Assembly (NCBI GenBank): GCA_050125095.1
Contig: JASFEA010000002.1
Span: forward strand, 69 to 64,068
Length of the DNA stretch: 64,000 bases
Source of the DNA: a bacterium
GTDB taxonomy: Bacteria > Arandabacterota > Arandabacteria > Arandabacterales > JALGWA01
Direction: 5' to 3'
The notes under the pieces were generated by a model. The model was given only the letters and a program-made list of their open reading frames with translations, did no database searches and was not told the DNA's origin. Shown one piece after another: positions 30,918 to 40,014 of the stretch (position 1 is the stretch's first letter; the number at the start of each line of letters is the position of its first letter). Both the position numbers and the translations under genes were made by a program.

Positions 30918-33442
30918 GCAATCCTCGCTCTGAACCCCGTAAGGGGCGAATAAAGTGTTCCGGCCCTGTCCACGTAAAGGGCCTTTCGGTTCACCTTGAG
31001 ACGCAGCTCCCCGGTCGCAAGATGCTCGGACAGCACCTTGTCCGGACGTACGCCCTTACCTTTCAGTCTCACGGTGGCCGCAATCTCCAGTTTATTATTC
31101 TCAACATCGCCCGCCTTGAAGTCAATAAGATTACCGCTGGCCTCCATGGCGTCCCTGAGCACGTCGGCCTGCCCGGCAAGGAGCCCGGAGTCTTCGCTCC
31201 AAAGCCGTATCGCGTAAGCCGCGGCGTTGACGCTCGCCATCAGCGACGGCGCCGATTTCTCTATCAAGTTGCCCTCCAGGGCTTCGAGGCCTTCCGGCAG
31301 GCATTTATTGAGCCGGTCGAGCCAGCCTTCGCCCGGCGCCTCCGAGAGGAGCGCGTCGAAGTACTCAGCCTCCCCGGTCTCCCCGAGGGGCAGCGGCGGC
31401 CCGAAGGCTATTCGCGGATGCGGCGAGAAACCCTGTGAATAGGCCACACCTATATCGGCCCGCCTCATGCCCCGCTGCACCGCCCTGGTCACGTCAAGAT
31501 GGGACGTGAGCCGCATGGGGTCACACTTGGCGAATCTCACCCTGAAACGCATGGACATGACGGGCGCAGCACCAGCGGAAACGTCCACCGCGCTATTCGC
31601 AGCGCTGCCCGCCGAGCTGCCCGCCGGGCTACCCGCCGAGCTCTTCCCCGCCAGCGGCGGCACGCCGGGCCTCGGACGTTCGCCGCACGCGCCGCAGTCC
31701 GTGCACTGGCCTTCGCGGCAATCGGGGGTGAGTTCGCCCGCGGCGGCCCTGTCGCGTTCACTCTCCAGGAAGGCCCGGCTCACTCCCGCGTCCACATGGT
31801 CCCAGGGCAGCTGCACGTCCGCGGGCCTCGCCCCGAGCTCGCCGGCGATATCGACCCCGCATTCGCCCAGGGCGCGTTTCCAGAGGTCGAAGTCAAACGA
31901 ATCCGTCCAGCCGTCGAAACGCGCGCCCATGCGGTAGGCCGCCATTATGCAGCGCGACAGGCGGCTGTCTGCGCGCGCGAGCAGGCCTTCGAGCACCGAA
32001 ACCCAGGGGTCGCGCCACTTGATCTTGATCCTGCCCTCGGGCAGGCGCTTCTTCATCAGCGAGAGCTTCGCAAGAACGCTCTCAGCGCCCTCCTGCTCTT
32101 CCCATTGAAACGGCGTGTGCGGCCGCGGCACGAAGGGGGACAGGGACACGGTCACCCGCTTGCGCCTGCCGTACCCGCGGCATATGGTCTCAACCCCTCG
32201 CACCATCTTGATTATGGCCTCGACGTCGGCCATGTCCTCCCCCGGCAGGCCCAGCATGAAATACAGCTTCATCGACTCCCAGTCGTTCCTGAATGCCGTT
32301 TCCACCGTCGAATAGAGTTCGCTTTCGTCGATGTTCTTGTTTATCGCGCGCCTCAGCCCGGAGCTCCCCGCCTCGGGCGCGAAGGTCAGGCCCGTCTTCT
32401 TGATGCCGCCTATTATCTCGGCTATCTCCTCGGTAAACGTACCCGGGCGCATAGAGGGGAGGGATATGCTGACCCGTCTCTTCCCGAGGGCGCCGGCCAG
32501 CCCGGCCACCAGGCTCTTGAGATCGCAGTAGTCCGAAGTGGAAAGCGAAACCAGCGAGACCTCTTCCCAACCGCTCGCCGCTATCCCCTCCTCGGCAAGC
32601 CGCACTATGGAGTCGACGCTGCGCTGCCTTACCGGCCGCCCGGTCATGCCGGCGGAGCAGAACCTGCAGCCCCTTGTGCAGCCTCGCATTATCTCTATGG
32701 AGAGCCTGTCATGCGTGATCGGTATGAGGGGCACAATCGGCTTAAGGGGAAAATGCTCGTCCTTGAGTTCCGGCTCAACGCGCCGCCTTACGCTTGCCGC
32801 CGGCGGCGTCAGGCCGTGAACGGCGGGCACGTAGACGCCGTCTATCCCGGCGAGGCGCTCCACCGTTCGCGCGCGCGTAAGCCCCTCTTCCCTCGCCCTC
32901 AGCACCGCCGCCGCGATTTCGACGCATACCGTCTCGCCGTCCCCTATGGCGAAGGCGTCGACGAACGCCGACATGGGAGCCGGGTTGGACGCGCTGGGCC
33001 CGCCGGCGACCACCACCGGGTCCCCGTCCACCCGCGCTCCCGACTCCAGGGCTACTCCTGCCAGGTCCAGCATTGCGAGCACGTTGGTATACTGGAGCTC
33101 GTGCTGCAGCGAGAAACCCAGCACATCGAAATCGCGCGCGGCAAGCCCCGTACCCAGCCCGTAAAGCGGCATCCCTCGCGCCCCCATGAACTCGGCCATG
33201 TCGTTCCAGGGCGCGAAAGCCAGGTCGGCCATGAAGTCCTCATGGCCGTTGAGAACGTGGTAGAGGATACGTATCCCGAGGTGGGACATGCCGATTTCAT
33301 AGAGGTCCGGGAAGAGGATGAGGAACTTCAGCCGCCCGCCAGACTTTCGCGGGAAATTGATTTCGTTGTTGAAGTACCGTCCCGGTTTGCGGACGCGCTG
33401 GAGCATCTCCGAGATGGTCGCGTCACTGAACCTCGTGACCAA
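30914..33442 (-). CDS. radical SAM protein (TIGR03960-like, B12-binding-like N-domain) fused to a DUF2344 (TIGR03936-like) C-domain
   Basis: 842 aa with radical-SAM cysteines CTRGCRFC. A Ser/Ala/Gly/Pro linker (GKSSAGSPAGSSAGSAANS) is encoded by a 3x12-nt tandem repeat at 31603..31638. The C-terminal half (RFRVRFAKCDPMRLTSHLDVTRAVQRGMRRADIGVAYSQGFSPHPR…) resembles DUF2344. The gene overlaps rng by 4 nt, the widely conserved pairing. Confidence 0.7.
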   Translation of the reverse strand: MVTRFSDATISEMLQRVRKPGRYFNNEINFPRKSGGRLKFLILFPDLYEIGMSHLGIRILYHVLNGHEDFMADLAFAPWNDMAEFMGARGMPLYGLGTGLAARDFDVLGFSLQHELQYTNVLAMLDLAGVALESGARVDGDPVVVAGGPSASNPAPMSAFVDAFAIGDGETVCVEIAAAVLRAREEGLTRARTVERLAGIDGVYVPAVHGLTPPAASVRRRVEPELKDEHFPLKPIVPLIPITHDRLSIEIMRGCTRGCRFCSAGMTGRPVRQRSVDSIVRLAEEGIAASGWEEVSLVSLSTSDYCDLKSLVAGLAGALGKRRVSISLPSMRPGTFTEEIAEIIGGIKKTGLTFAPEAGSSGLRRAINKNIDESELYSTVETAFRNDWESMKLYFMLGLPGEDMADVEAIIKMVRGVETICRGYGRRKRVTVSLSPFVPRPHTPFQWEEQEGAESVLAKLSLMKKRLPEGRIKIKWRDPWVSVLEGLLARADSRLSRCIMAAYRMGARFDGWTDSFDFDLWKRALGECGVDIAGELGARPADVQLPWDHVDAGVSRAFLESERDRAAAGELTPDCREGQCTDCGACGERPRPGVPPLAGKSSAGSPAGSSAGSAANSAVDVSAGAAPVMSMRFRVRFAKCDPMRLTSHLDVTRAVQRGMRRADIGVAYSQGFSPHPRIAFGPPLPLGETGEAEYFDALLSEAPGEGWLDRLNKCLPEGLEALEGNLIEKSAPSLMASVNAAAYAIRLWSEDSGLLAGQADVLRDAMEASGNLIDFKAGDVENNKLEIAATVRLKGKGVRPDKVLSEHLATGELRLKVNRKALYVDRAGTLYSPLTGFRARIA

Positions 33443-33494
33443 GGGTCATACCTCGCTTGAGCGGGAGATGAGAGCAGGGGCGGAGCCCGGCCGC

Positions 33495-34031
33495 TCACGC
33501 AACCTCTTCAAAACCTTTCTTGAGCGCCTTCCTGTTGAGATCAAGCAAAGGCATAGCCCGTTCCGAAAGCACCTTCTCGAGGCATCCGCTCAGGGACTCC
33601 AGGTTCACGACACCGGTCTTCTTTGCTACACCGCCGAGCATTACCATGTTGGCTGCCCGCGCATTGCCGAGGGCCTCGGCGATCTCGTTGGCCGGCACCC
33701 TGATTTCGGTAACGTCGTCTCTCCCGACTTTCCTGTCGATGAGCGAGGAGTTGACGAAGATGGTGCCGCCCGGCCTCACACGGCTCTCAAACTTGTTGAG
33801 CGACGCTATGTTCATGGCAATAATACAATCGGGCTGATTGACTATGGGGGATGCGATCTCCCGGTCGGAAACGACCACCGAGCAGTTGGCCGTCCCTCCG
33901 CGCATCTCGGCTCCGTAGGAAGGGAAGAAAGTCGTGTGCTTGCCTTCCACCATGGCCGTGTAGGTGAGCAGCGTGCCCATCAACACGACCCCCTGTCCCC
34001 CGAAACCAGCCATAATCGTCTTGGTCGTCAT
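33495..34031 (-). CDS. 2-oxoacid:ferredoxin oxidoreductase gamma subunit
   Basis: 178 aa. MAGFGGQGVVLMG… and the gamma-subunit fold motifs. It is the last gene of the delta-alpha-beta-gamma operon. Confidence 0.8.
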   Translation of the reverse strand: MTTKTIMAGFGGQGVVLMGTLLTYTAMVEGKHTTFFPSYGAEMRGGTANCSVVVSDREIASPIVNQPDCIIAMNIASLNKFESRVRPGGTIFVNSSLIDRKVGRDDVTEIRVPANEIAEALGNARAANMVMLGGVAKKTGVVNLESLSGCLEKVLSERAMPLLDLNRKALKKGFEEVA

Positions 34032-34064
34032 TTACGCCCCCTTATATTCACTCAACTCCTGATT

Positions 34065-34811
34065 TCAGTCCTCTGCGGTAACGTCTTTGAACACACCCAG
34101 AGGGTAATACGGGATCATGTTCTCCTCGAGCCAGTTCACGGCGTCCTTGGGCAGCTGTCCCCAGCCGGTGGGGCACTGGGAAATGACCTCTACCAGCGAG
34201 AAACCCAGCTCCCTGTCCTGCACCTCGAAGGCCTTTCTCAGGGCCTTCTTGGCCTTGTTCATGTGGGCCGGCGTATCCACCGCGACCCGCTCGAGATAGG
34301 CTACTCCCTTCAGGTCCTTAAGCAGCTCGCAGACGCGAAGGGGATGACCCGCAACGTCGGTATCCCTGCCCAGCTGGCAGGTGGACGTTCTCATGCCGGC
34401 CAGAGTCGTCGGAGCCATCTGGCCCCCCGTCATACCGTAAATTGCGTTATTCACGAACACGATGGTGATCTTCTCGCCGCGGTTCGCGGAGTGAACCATC
34501 TCGGCCGCCCCGATGGACGCCAGGTCGCCGTCCCCCTGATGGGTGAAAACGATGCAGTCGGGTTTGGAGCGCTTCATGCCCGTCGCCACCGCCGGAGCCC
34601 TGCCGTGGGCCGCCTGTATGAAGTCGAAGTCGAAGTAGTCGTCTGCGAATACCGAGCATCCCACCGACGCCACTCCCATGCACCTGTCCTTGAGCCCGAG
34701 CGCATCAATGGCCTCCGCCGTCAGCCTGTGCGCGAGCCCGTGCCCGCAGCCCGGGCAGTACATATTGGCCTTCGTGCTCAGACTCTCAGGTCTTCCGAAT
34801 ACTTTTTTCAC
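34065..34811 (-). CDS. 2-oxoacid:ferredoxin oxidoreductase beta subunit (TPP-binding)
   Basis: CPGCGHG Fe-S/TPP region and the GDG…N TPP motif (HQGDGDLASIG…NNAIYGMTGGQ). I moved the start to GTG at 34811..34809 with GGAGG 8 nt upstream. The ORF-track 5' extension overlaps the alpha subunit and is rejected. Confidence 0.8.
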   Translation of the reverse strand: MKKVFGRPESLSTKANMYCPGCGHGLAHRLTAEAIDALGLKDRCMGVASVGCSVFADDYFDFDFIQAAHGRAPAVATGMKRSKPDCIVFTHQGDGDLASIGAAEMVHSANRGEKITIVFVNNAIYGMTGGQMAPTTLAGMRTSTCQLGRDTDVAGHPLRVCELLKDLKGVAYLERVAVDTPAHMNKAKKALRKAFEVQDRELGFSLVEVISQCPTGWGQLPKDAVNWLEENMIPYYPLGVFKDVTAED

Positions 34812-34831
34812 GTCATTTACCTCCAGCCTTG

Positions 34832-35947
34832 TTACGCTTCGGGATAGACCTCTATAGGTCCGCCGCTTGTTTTCACCTTTTTCGCGACTTCGATGATCTC
34901 CTCTTCTGTGGGCAGTCCGCCGCCCGTATGCGCCAGCAGGGAGACGTCCGCCTTGCCGCATGTCGCGAGAAGCGCGTCCTCGCGCATCTGGCCGAGACTC
35001 ATCTCCACGACGAGCAGCTTCTTGCCCTTCCCGGCGTACTCATTAATGATCTTCCTGGGATAGGGCCAGAGCGAGATAAGACGGATGAGCCCCAGTTTGA
35101 TGTCTCCCGACTCCTTGGCCATGGCCACGGCCGACTTGGCGACCCTGGCGCTCGTGCCGTAGGCGACGATCACAACGTCGGCATCGTCGACGTCGGTGAG
35201 CTCGTAGCGCTGCTCCTTCTCCTCTATCTCCTCGTACTTCTTATGGAGTTTCATGTTGTGTTTCTCAAGCGTGCCCGGCGCCAGCCTCACAGACGTGATG
35301 ACGTGCTTCTCCCTTCCCGCCGAGTTTCCGAGGGCCCACTTGCTCTTGGTGCTTTCGTCGTACTTGACGGGGTCCCTGAGGACAAGCGGCTCCCTCATCT
35401 GGCCGAGAATCCCGTCCCCGAGGATCATCGCGGGGTTGGAGTACTTGTCGGCGAGCTCGAAGCCCAGCATGGTAAGGTCGAAAAGCTCCTGGACCGTGCT
35501 CGGGGCCAGCACGATTACGCGATAGTCCCCGTGGCCCCCGCCCCGGGTCGCCTGGAAGTAATCGGATTGCGCCGGGGCGATATTGCCGAGGCCCGGGCCT
35601 CCCCTGACGATGTTGGCATAGAAGCAGGGCAGCTCGGCGCCGCACATATAGGAAATCCCTTCCTGCTTGAGGCTTATGCCCGGGCCCGACGACGACGTCA
35701 TCACCCGGGCGCCCGTTGCTGACGCGCCGTAGACCATGTTGATCGCGGCAACCTCGCTCTCGGCCTGAACGAATACGCGCCCCGCCTTGGGCATGTTAAG
35801 CGACATGTACTCCGTCAGCTCGTTCTGAGGCGTTATGGGATAGCCCGCATAGAACCGGCAGCCGGCCCTGATGGCGGCTTCCCCGATGGCCTCGTTTCCC
35901 TTCATCAACACTCGTTCTTCGGGCATATTAACCTCCCCGGATCTCAT
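34832..35947 (-). CDS. 2-oxoacid:ferredoxin oxidoreductase alpha subunit
   Basis: 371 aa with alpha-subunit domains I and II (…AGYPITPQNEL…). Confidence 0.8.
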   Translation of the reverse strand: MRSGEVNMPEERVLMKGNEAIGEAAIRAGCRFYAGYPITPQNELTEYMSLNMPKAGRVFVQAESEVAAINMVYGASATGARVMTSSSGPGISLKQEGISYMCGAELPCFYANIVRGGPGLGNIAPAQSDYFQATRGGGHGDYRVIVLAPSTVQELFDLTMLGFELADKYSNPAMILGDGILGQMREPLVLRDPVKYDESTKSKWALGNSAGREKHVITSVRLAPGTLEKHNMKLHKKYEEIEEKEQRYELTDVDDADVVIVAYGTSARVAKSAVAMAKESGDIKLGLIRLISLWPYPRKIINEYAGKGKKLLVVEMSLGQMREDALLATCGKADVSLLAHTGGGLPTEEEIIEVAKKVKTSGGPIEVYPEA

Positions 35948-36169
35948 CTATTTGTAGACTTCGATTGCGACTTCGGGGCACATGATGGCGCAGATGGCGC
36001 ATCCTGTGCAGCTCTCCGGCTCGAAACACTCAGGATAGTGATAGCCTTTCTCATTGAAGTCCTCGGAGAACCTCAGTATCTCCTTGGGGCAGTTGATTAT
36101 GCAGAGCTCGCAGCCTTTGCATCTCTCCACATCTACCTTGATTTCCGGCATTTTACCTCCCTTGCACAA
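35948..36169 (-). CDS. 2-oxoacid:ferredoxin oxidoreductase delta subunit (2x[4Fe-4S] ferredoxin)
   Basis: 73 aa with two CxxCxxCxxxCP motifs (CKGCELCIINCP, CTGCAICAIMCP). Strong RBS GGAGGTAAAATG. Confidence 0.85.
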   Translation of the reverse strand: MCKGGKMPEIKVDVERCKGCELCIINCPKEILRFSEDFNEKGYHYPECFEPESCTGCAICAIMCPEVAIEVYK

Positions 36170-36196
36170 TCAGCCTTGAAATTACCAAACCGTCTT

Positions 36197-36225
36197 AATT
36201 TAGCAGAATAGCGGCAAGTAGTCAA
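36197..36225 (-). promoter_or_regulatory. sigma70-like promoter candidate for the oxidoreductase operon (TTGACT-17-TAAATT)
   Basis: Minus strand -35 TTGACT (36225..36220), a 17-nt spacer, and -10 TAAATT (36202..36197), within the 101-bp gap upstream of the delta-subunit gene. Confidence 0.35.
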
Positions 36226-36270
36226 CCAACTCCGTGGGGACCGCAGGGGGCGGATAATCGCTTGAAAAAC

Positions 36271-36897
36271 CTAGGAATAGAGGCCCTCTCTGCGAACATA
36301 GGCCTCCACCGGGCGGGGCACCAGGAAACGGATGCTCTTGCCCCGGGTCACCCTCTTGCGTATATCCGTCGAGGAGATATCGAGGCCTGTAATCTCTACG
36401 AATCTGCACTTCCTCCTGATGCTTCTGGCGACCGCCCTGGCCATGTAGCGGCCTCTTGAGTATCCGGGTCTCGCGGCAACGGCGAACCGGCACTCGCTCA
36501 ATATTACTTCGGGATCCTTCCACCGGTGCACTTCCAGAAAAGCGTCCATTCCGAGCATCAACCAGATCTCCGGCCCGGCGCCCACGGTGCCGCGCAGGCC
36601 GCGTATGGTGTGGGCCGTGTAGGACACCCCCCCCCTCCTGATCTCCATGTCGGAGACCTTGAAGGCCGGGTACCTGCGGGTCGCCGCCCGCAGCATGGCC
36701 AGCCTGTGGGCGGGGTCGGAGGGAACGTATCCGGGCTTATGAGGCTGCCTGTTGCAGGGAATGAACAACACCACATCGAGCCCCACCGCCTCCCTGAGTT
36801 GCTCCGCACAGACCAGGTGCCCGTAGTGAACCGGGTCGAAAGTGCCTCCGAAGACGCCGATGCGGCCGGCGGCCCTGAGGTCACTCTTCCTCGTCAT
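36271..36897 (-). CDS. nadD: nicotinate-nucleotide adenylyltransferase
   Basis: GVFGGTFDPVHYGHL is the (H/T)xGH nucleotidyltransferase motif at the N-terminus; 208 aa. Confidence 0.85.
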   Translation of the reverse strand: MTRKSDLRAAGRIGVFGGTFDPVHYGHLVCAEQLREAVGLDVVLFIPCNRQPHKPGYVPSDPAHRLAMLRAATRRYPAFKVSDMEIRRGGVSYTAHTIRGLRGTVGAGPEIWLMLGMDAFLEVHRWKDPEVILSECRFAVAARPGYSRGRYMARAVARSIRRKCRFVEITGLDISSTDIRKRVTRGKSIRFLVPRPVEAYVRREGLYS

Positions 36898-37651
36898 TTT
36901 CGTCCCCGCTTGAGATCTGGTCGATCCTCATGCCGGCCCTTCCATAGGGCTCGGTGTCCGGGTAGTCGTCGAGGACCTTGTTGTAAAGCTCCAGCGCTTT
37001 CCCGGTATTCCCTTCCCTGTCGTATGTCTGGGCCTTCCCGAGCAGCGACCAGGCCGCCCACTCGGTGTCGGAATACTCGTTTATGACCAGGTCGAAACAG
37101 ATCCGGGCGGCGCGGAAATACTCCATATTGAGGTACAGCTTGCCGTTCAGGTACTCCTTCCGGGCAAGCTTAGCCCTGGCCTCCGCGAGAGCCGCCTCCG
37201 CCTCCTGCCGGACGTTGCTTTCCGGATATTCCCTGAGCATGAACTCGAGTTCACTGGCCGCCTTTTCCGTGTAAGTCTGGTCGCGCTCGGCGCGGGGCGA
37301 CTGCCTCAGGTATGCTATGCCTATCATGTACATGGCGTCGTCTACCAGGTCGCCCTGAGGATATGAATCGATGTAGTCCTCGAACTCGTTGATGGCCAGG
37401 TCATAGTCCTCCAGCTCCACCCTGCACCTGGTGCGGTTGAACCTGGCGCGCTCGGCTATCTCCGGGGGCGGGAACTCGGCCAGCAGCTCCTCGTACTTGA
37501 GAATGGCCTTGCGGCAGTCGCCTCTTTCGGCCAGCCCGTCGGCCTGCGCCAGACGGTCGGTGGGTTCAACCTCCACCCTGGACCGGGACCCGGAGCAGCA
37601 GGCGAGACAGAGCGACAGCAGCGCCGATATGAGTACAATCCTTTGTATCAT
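36881..37651 (-). CDS. bamD: TPR-repeat outer-membrane lipoprotein, BamD-like
   Basis: Start moved to ATG at 37651. Signal peptide plus Cys (MIQRIVLISALLSLCLACCSGS), TPR repeats, and a C-terminal …DDYPDTEPYGRAG similar to the BamD/YfiO C-terminal motif. The ORF-track N-terminal extension is rejected. Confidence 0.55.
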   Translation of the reverse strand: MIQRIVLISALLSLCLACCSGSRSRVEVEPTDRLAQADGLAERGDCRKAILKYEELLAEFPPPEIAERARFNRTRCRVELEDYDLAINEFEDYIDSYPQGDLVDDAMYMIGIAYLRQSPRAERDQTYTEKAASELEFMLREYPESNVRQEAEAALAEARAKLARKEYLNGKLYLNMEYFRAARICFDLVINEYSDTEWAAWSLLGKAQTYDREGNTGKALELYNKVLDDYPDTEPYGRAGMRIDQISSGDENDEEE

Positions 37652-37670
37652 ATATCGACCTTTGTGCACG

Positions 37671-38321
37671 TCAGGAGGCGGTCTTATTGGAATAGAAGAG
37701 ATAAACCAGCACGCCGATAATGGCCAGCACAAGCCCTCCCTCGAGGTACTTGTCGCTGTTGCCCTTCTCGAGCTCGGGGGCGGCGAAAGCGTACTTGGAA
37801 TCGCTGAGGACTTCGAGGGCACCCGCGGGCACAACGTCACGGGCCTCCGCCGAGGTGCTCACCGACTCCATGATCTTTCCCCTGACCATGTCGACGAGCT
37901 CGATGTGAAAAGAGGCCCTGGCCACTCTCTCAACCACCTTCGAGGTGATGAGATAGCGGCGCCACTGCCTGGCGTAGACCATGTCGAGCTGGACGATCTT
38001 GACGCGGAGCACGTAGGGCGTCCGCGCGCCGCTTGCCGAATCGGGCTCTTCCGATGTCACGCTGATGTCCCAGCCCCGCTCTATCATGCGCTCGTTGAGT
38101 ATCCTGTTGACGAGCCAGGCCCCCGCGTGGCCGGCCTCCACCAAGATCTGGATATCGCTTTCGGGAGCCGGCGGCGCGGAGACTCGCACCGAGTCAAAAG
38201 CGGCCGAGGCGGCGGCCTCAATCATCTCCAGGTTCGTAGGGTATTCCTCTTCCGAGAGGGCCGGGGCGGCCGACAGGGCAATCAGCGCAAGCAGGGCCCC
38301 CGCCGTTATGGCTCTGATCAT
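37671..38321 (-). CDS. hypothetical secreted protein with C-terminal transmembrane anchor
   Basis: 216 aa with an N-terminal signal peptide (MIRAITAGALLALIALSAAPALS) and a C-terminal hydrophobic helix (LVLAIIGVLVYLFY). RBS ACGGAG. No family recognised. Confidence 0.5.
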   Translation of the reverse strand: MIRAITAGALLALIALSAAPALSEEEYPTNLEMIEAAASAAFDSVRVSAPPAPESDIQILVEAGHAGAWLVNRILNERMIERGWDISVTSEEPDSASGARTPYVLRVKIVQLDMVYARQWRRYLITSKVVERVARASFHIELVDMVRGKIMESVSTSAEARDVVPAGALEVLSDSKYAFAAPELEKGNSDKYLEGGLVLAIIGVLVYLFYSNKTAS

Positions 38322-38510
38322 GAAGCGGCTCCGTATACTAATCAGTTGACTTAGGTATCGGGCATTCTGCTATACTCATGTATACTTCAATACACCCGAC
38401 TCTATTTAAACTTCGGCACGTTGTCAAATTGATTTTACTCAAAGATACGGCCGCGGGTGCCGATTAGAACTATGAGATGTGCCACATCCAAAATCGAGGT
38501 GGGTAATTCA

Positions 38511-38948
38511 ATGTCAGAAACGGCAAAGCTCGTCAACCAGATGTTCGTGAACCTGGTCAAACTGCGGCTCGACGACCGCATCGCCAAGCAGGCCGCCAGC
38601 GTCGTGGACGGCGTCGTCGAGAAAGTGCTTAAGGAGTCACCCGAGACAACGGACGAGACCCGCCGCAGAATACGCATAGCCCTGTGCGGCATGCTTGCGC
38701 ACGGCTGGGCCCTGGGTATGAATCCCTATAATAGCCCGGATATCACCGTGGACAGGAAGCCCCTCGAAGTCAGGGTGTCTAAGGACATACTCATACCAAT
38801 GGAGTCGCTCAAGGCCCTGAGATGCGTCAAGACCGACAAGCTGGGCAGGGTGGAGAAGGCCTTCTTCGAGCCCAGCGCGGAGTCCAAGGTCAAGGAGAGA
38901 ATCGACAAGATCCTGGACGAGATCGCGCGCAAACACTGGGCCAAGTAG
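38511..38948 (+). CDS. hypothetical protein
   Basis: ORF in a good coding frame. The start is chosen at ATG 38511, preceded by GGTGGG 8 nt upstream; ORF-track alternatives are at 38457 and 38472. No recognisable motif. Confidence 0.45.
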   Translation: MSETAKLVNQMFVNLVKLRLDDRIAKQAASVVDGVVEKVLKESPETTDETRRRIRIALCGMLAHGWALGMNPYNSPDITVDRKPLEVRVSKDILIPMESLKALRCVKTDKLGRVEKAFFEPSAESKVKERIDKILDEIARKHWAK

Positions 38949-38965
38949 AGCGGACAGGACGCGGC

Positions 38966-39247
38966 TCAGGAGGTTTCGGTGTCTGAGCCCACGGCCTTGT
39001 CCCCGGGCCCTGCGGACTTATCCCCGGGCTCTGCGGACCTGTTTCCGGACCCGCCGGGGCCGCCGCTTTTCTTGTAATCCGTGATGTAGAAGCCCGAACC
39101 CTTGAAAATCAGGTTGAGGGATCTGGGCAGCAGCTTCCTGAGCTTGCCCCCGCATTTCCTGCATTTCTTAAGCGGCCTGTCGTTCATGCTCTGCTCTACG
39201 CAGAACTCATGGCCGCATTTCGTGCATTCATAGTCATAGGTCGGCAA
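38966..39247 (-). CDS. FmdB-family zinc-ribbon protein (CxxC-CxxC) with disordered Gly/Pro-rich tail
   Basis: MPTYDYECTKCGHEF…CRKCGG is the classic FmdB/putative regulatory zinc ribbon. Confidence 0.8.
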   Translation of the reverse strand: MPTYDYECTKCGHEFCVEQSMNDRPLKKCRKCGGKLRKLLPRSLNLIFKGSGFYITDYKKSGGPGGSGNRSAEPGDKSAGPGDKAVGSDTETS

Positions 39248-39372
39248 TTATCCAACACCTCCCGCGAATGAAGATAAGTCTCCCGGCCAAAAGATGCAAG
39301 TGGACTCAATGGAGTTGACACCAATCCGGCCTTTTGTTAATCTCGGGCCGGCAAGGAGAAAGGAGGCGAGTA

Positions 39373-39909
39373 ATGTTAAGGATAACGCTTGCTTGCCTTT
39401 TGGCGGTTGCTTTCCTCGCTTCTTACGCCCACGCCACTGACCCCGTGTCGCCGCCCCCTGATGATAAGGACCCCATTCGCTCCCGCCAGGAGCAGCAGAT
39501 GCACGATGAGGCCCAGACCCGGTCCGGCACCGCTCTGCCCTTCCCGAGGCAGTTCATCATGGGACAGGTCAGGGACTCCGGAGGTATCGGTATTGGCGGA
39601 ACAACGGTCAAGCTCTTCGCGGACGGGGTGTTTGTGGAAGAGGACCGCACCAATTCGTCGGGCGAGTTCGAGCTCAACCTGCCCCTCAATATCGAGACGG
39701 ATGAGACGGTAGTGTTGTGGGTGGTGCCACCAACCGACCGGTATGCCATGCAATGCGTCGTCATCAAGAAGAGCGAGGTCGCCAGAAACAGCCGCCTGTT
39801 CGGCCCATGCGCCATAGAGGTCGAGATGAAGGAGCAGATGCGGGTGGAAGTCGCGCTGCTCACGCCGGATGAGCTGCTGCAGTCCGTCAGGGCGAGGGGC
39901 TGCTACTAG
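39373..39909 (+). CDS. secreted protein with carboxypeptidase-regulatory-like (transthyretin-like) domain
   Basis: Start at ATG 39373 with AGGAGG 6 nt upstream. Signal peptide MLRITLACLLAVAFLASYAHA. Domain motif GQVRDSGGIGIGGTTVKLFADGVFVEEDRTNSSGEFEL. Confidence 0.6.
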   Translation: MLRITLACLLAVAFLASYAHATDPVSPPPDDKDPIRSRQEQQMHDEAQTRSGTALPFPRQFIMGQVRDSGGIGIGGTTVKLFADGVFVEEDRTNSSGEFELNLPLNIETDETVVLWVVPPTDRYAMQCVVIKKSEVARNSRLFGPCAIEVEMKEQMRVEVALLTPDELLQSVRARGCY

Positions 39910-40014
39910 GCCTTCGGGCGGGAGGCTATCACCTTCGTCCATCGGTTGATGGAATCGCTCTAATCTATTGCTATATAAAGGATTAGTGCATCTTCACTCT
40001 GGCCTGCCCGCGCT

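Noticed and set aside
31499-33460. 653-aa plus-strand ORF antisense to the radical-SAM/DUF2344 gene
   Set aside because: The sense strand encodes a protein with radical-SAM CxxxCxxC and conserved domains; the antisense product is low-complexity.
34812-34961. 5' extension of the oxidoreductase beta-subunit ORF (MRQGGRLPAGAYGRR…)
   Set aside because: It overlaps the alpha-subunit gene. A GTG start with GGAGG 8 nt upstream at 34811 gives a normal beta-subunit N-terminus.
37652-37840. 5' extension of the BamD-like ORF (MTLCPRVPSKSS…)
   Set aside because: The signal peptide and lipoprotein Cys start at the internal ATG 37651; the extension overlaps the neighbouring gene's C-terminus and is Pro/Ser-rich.
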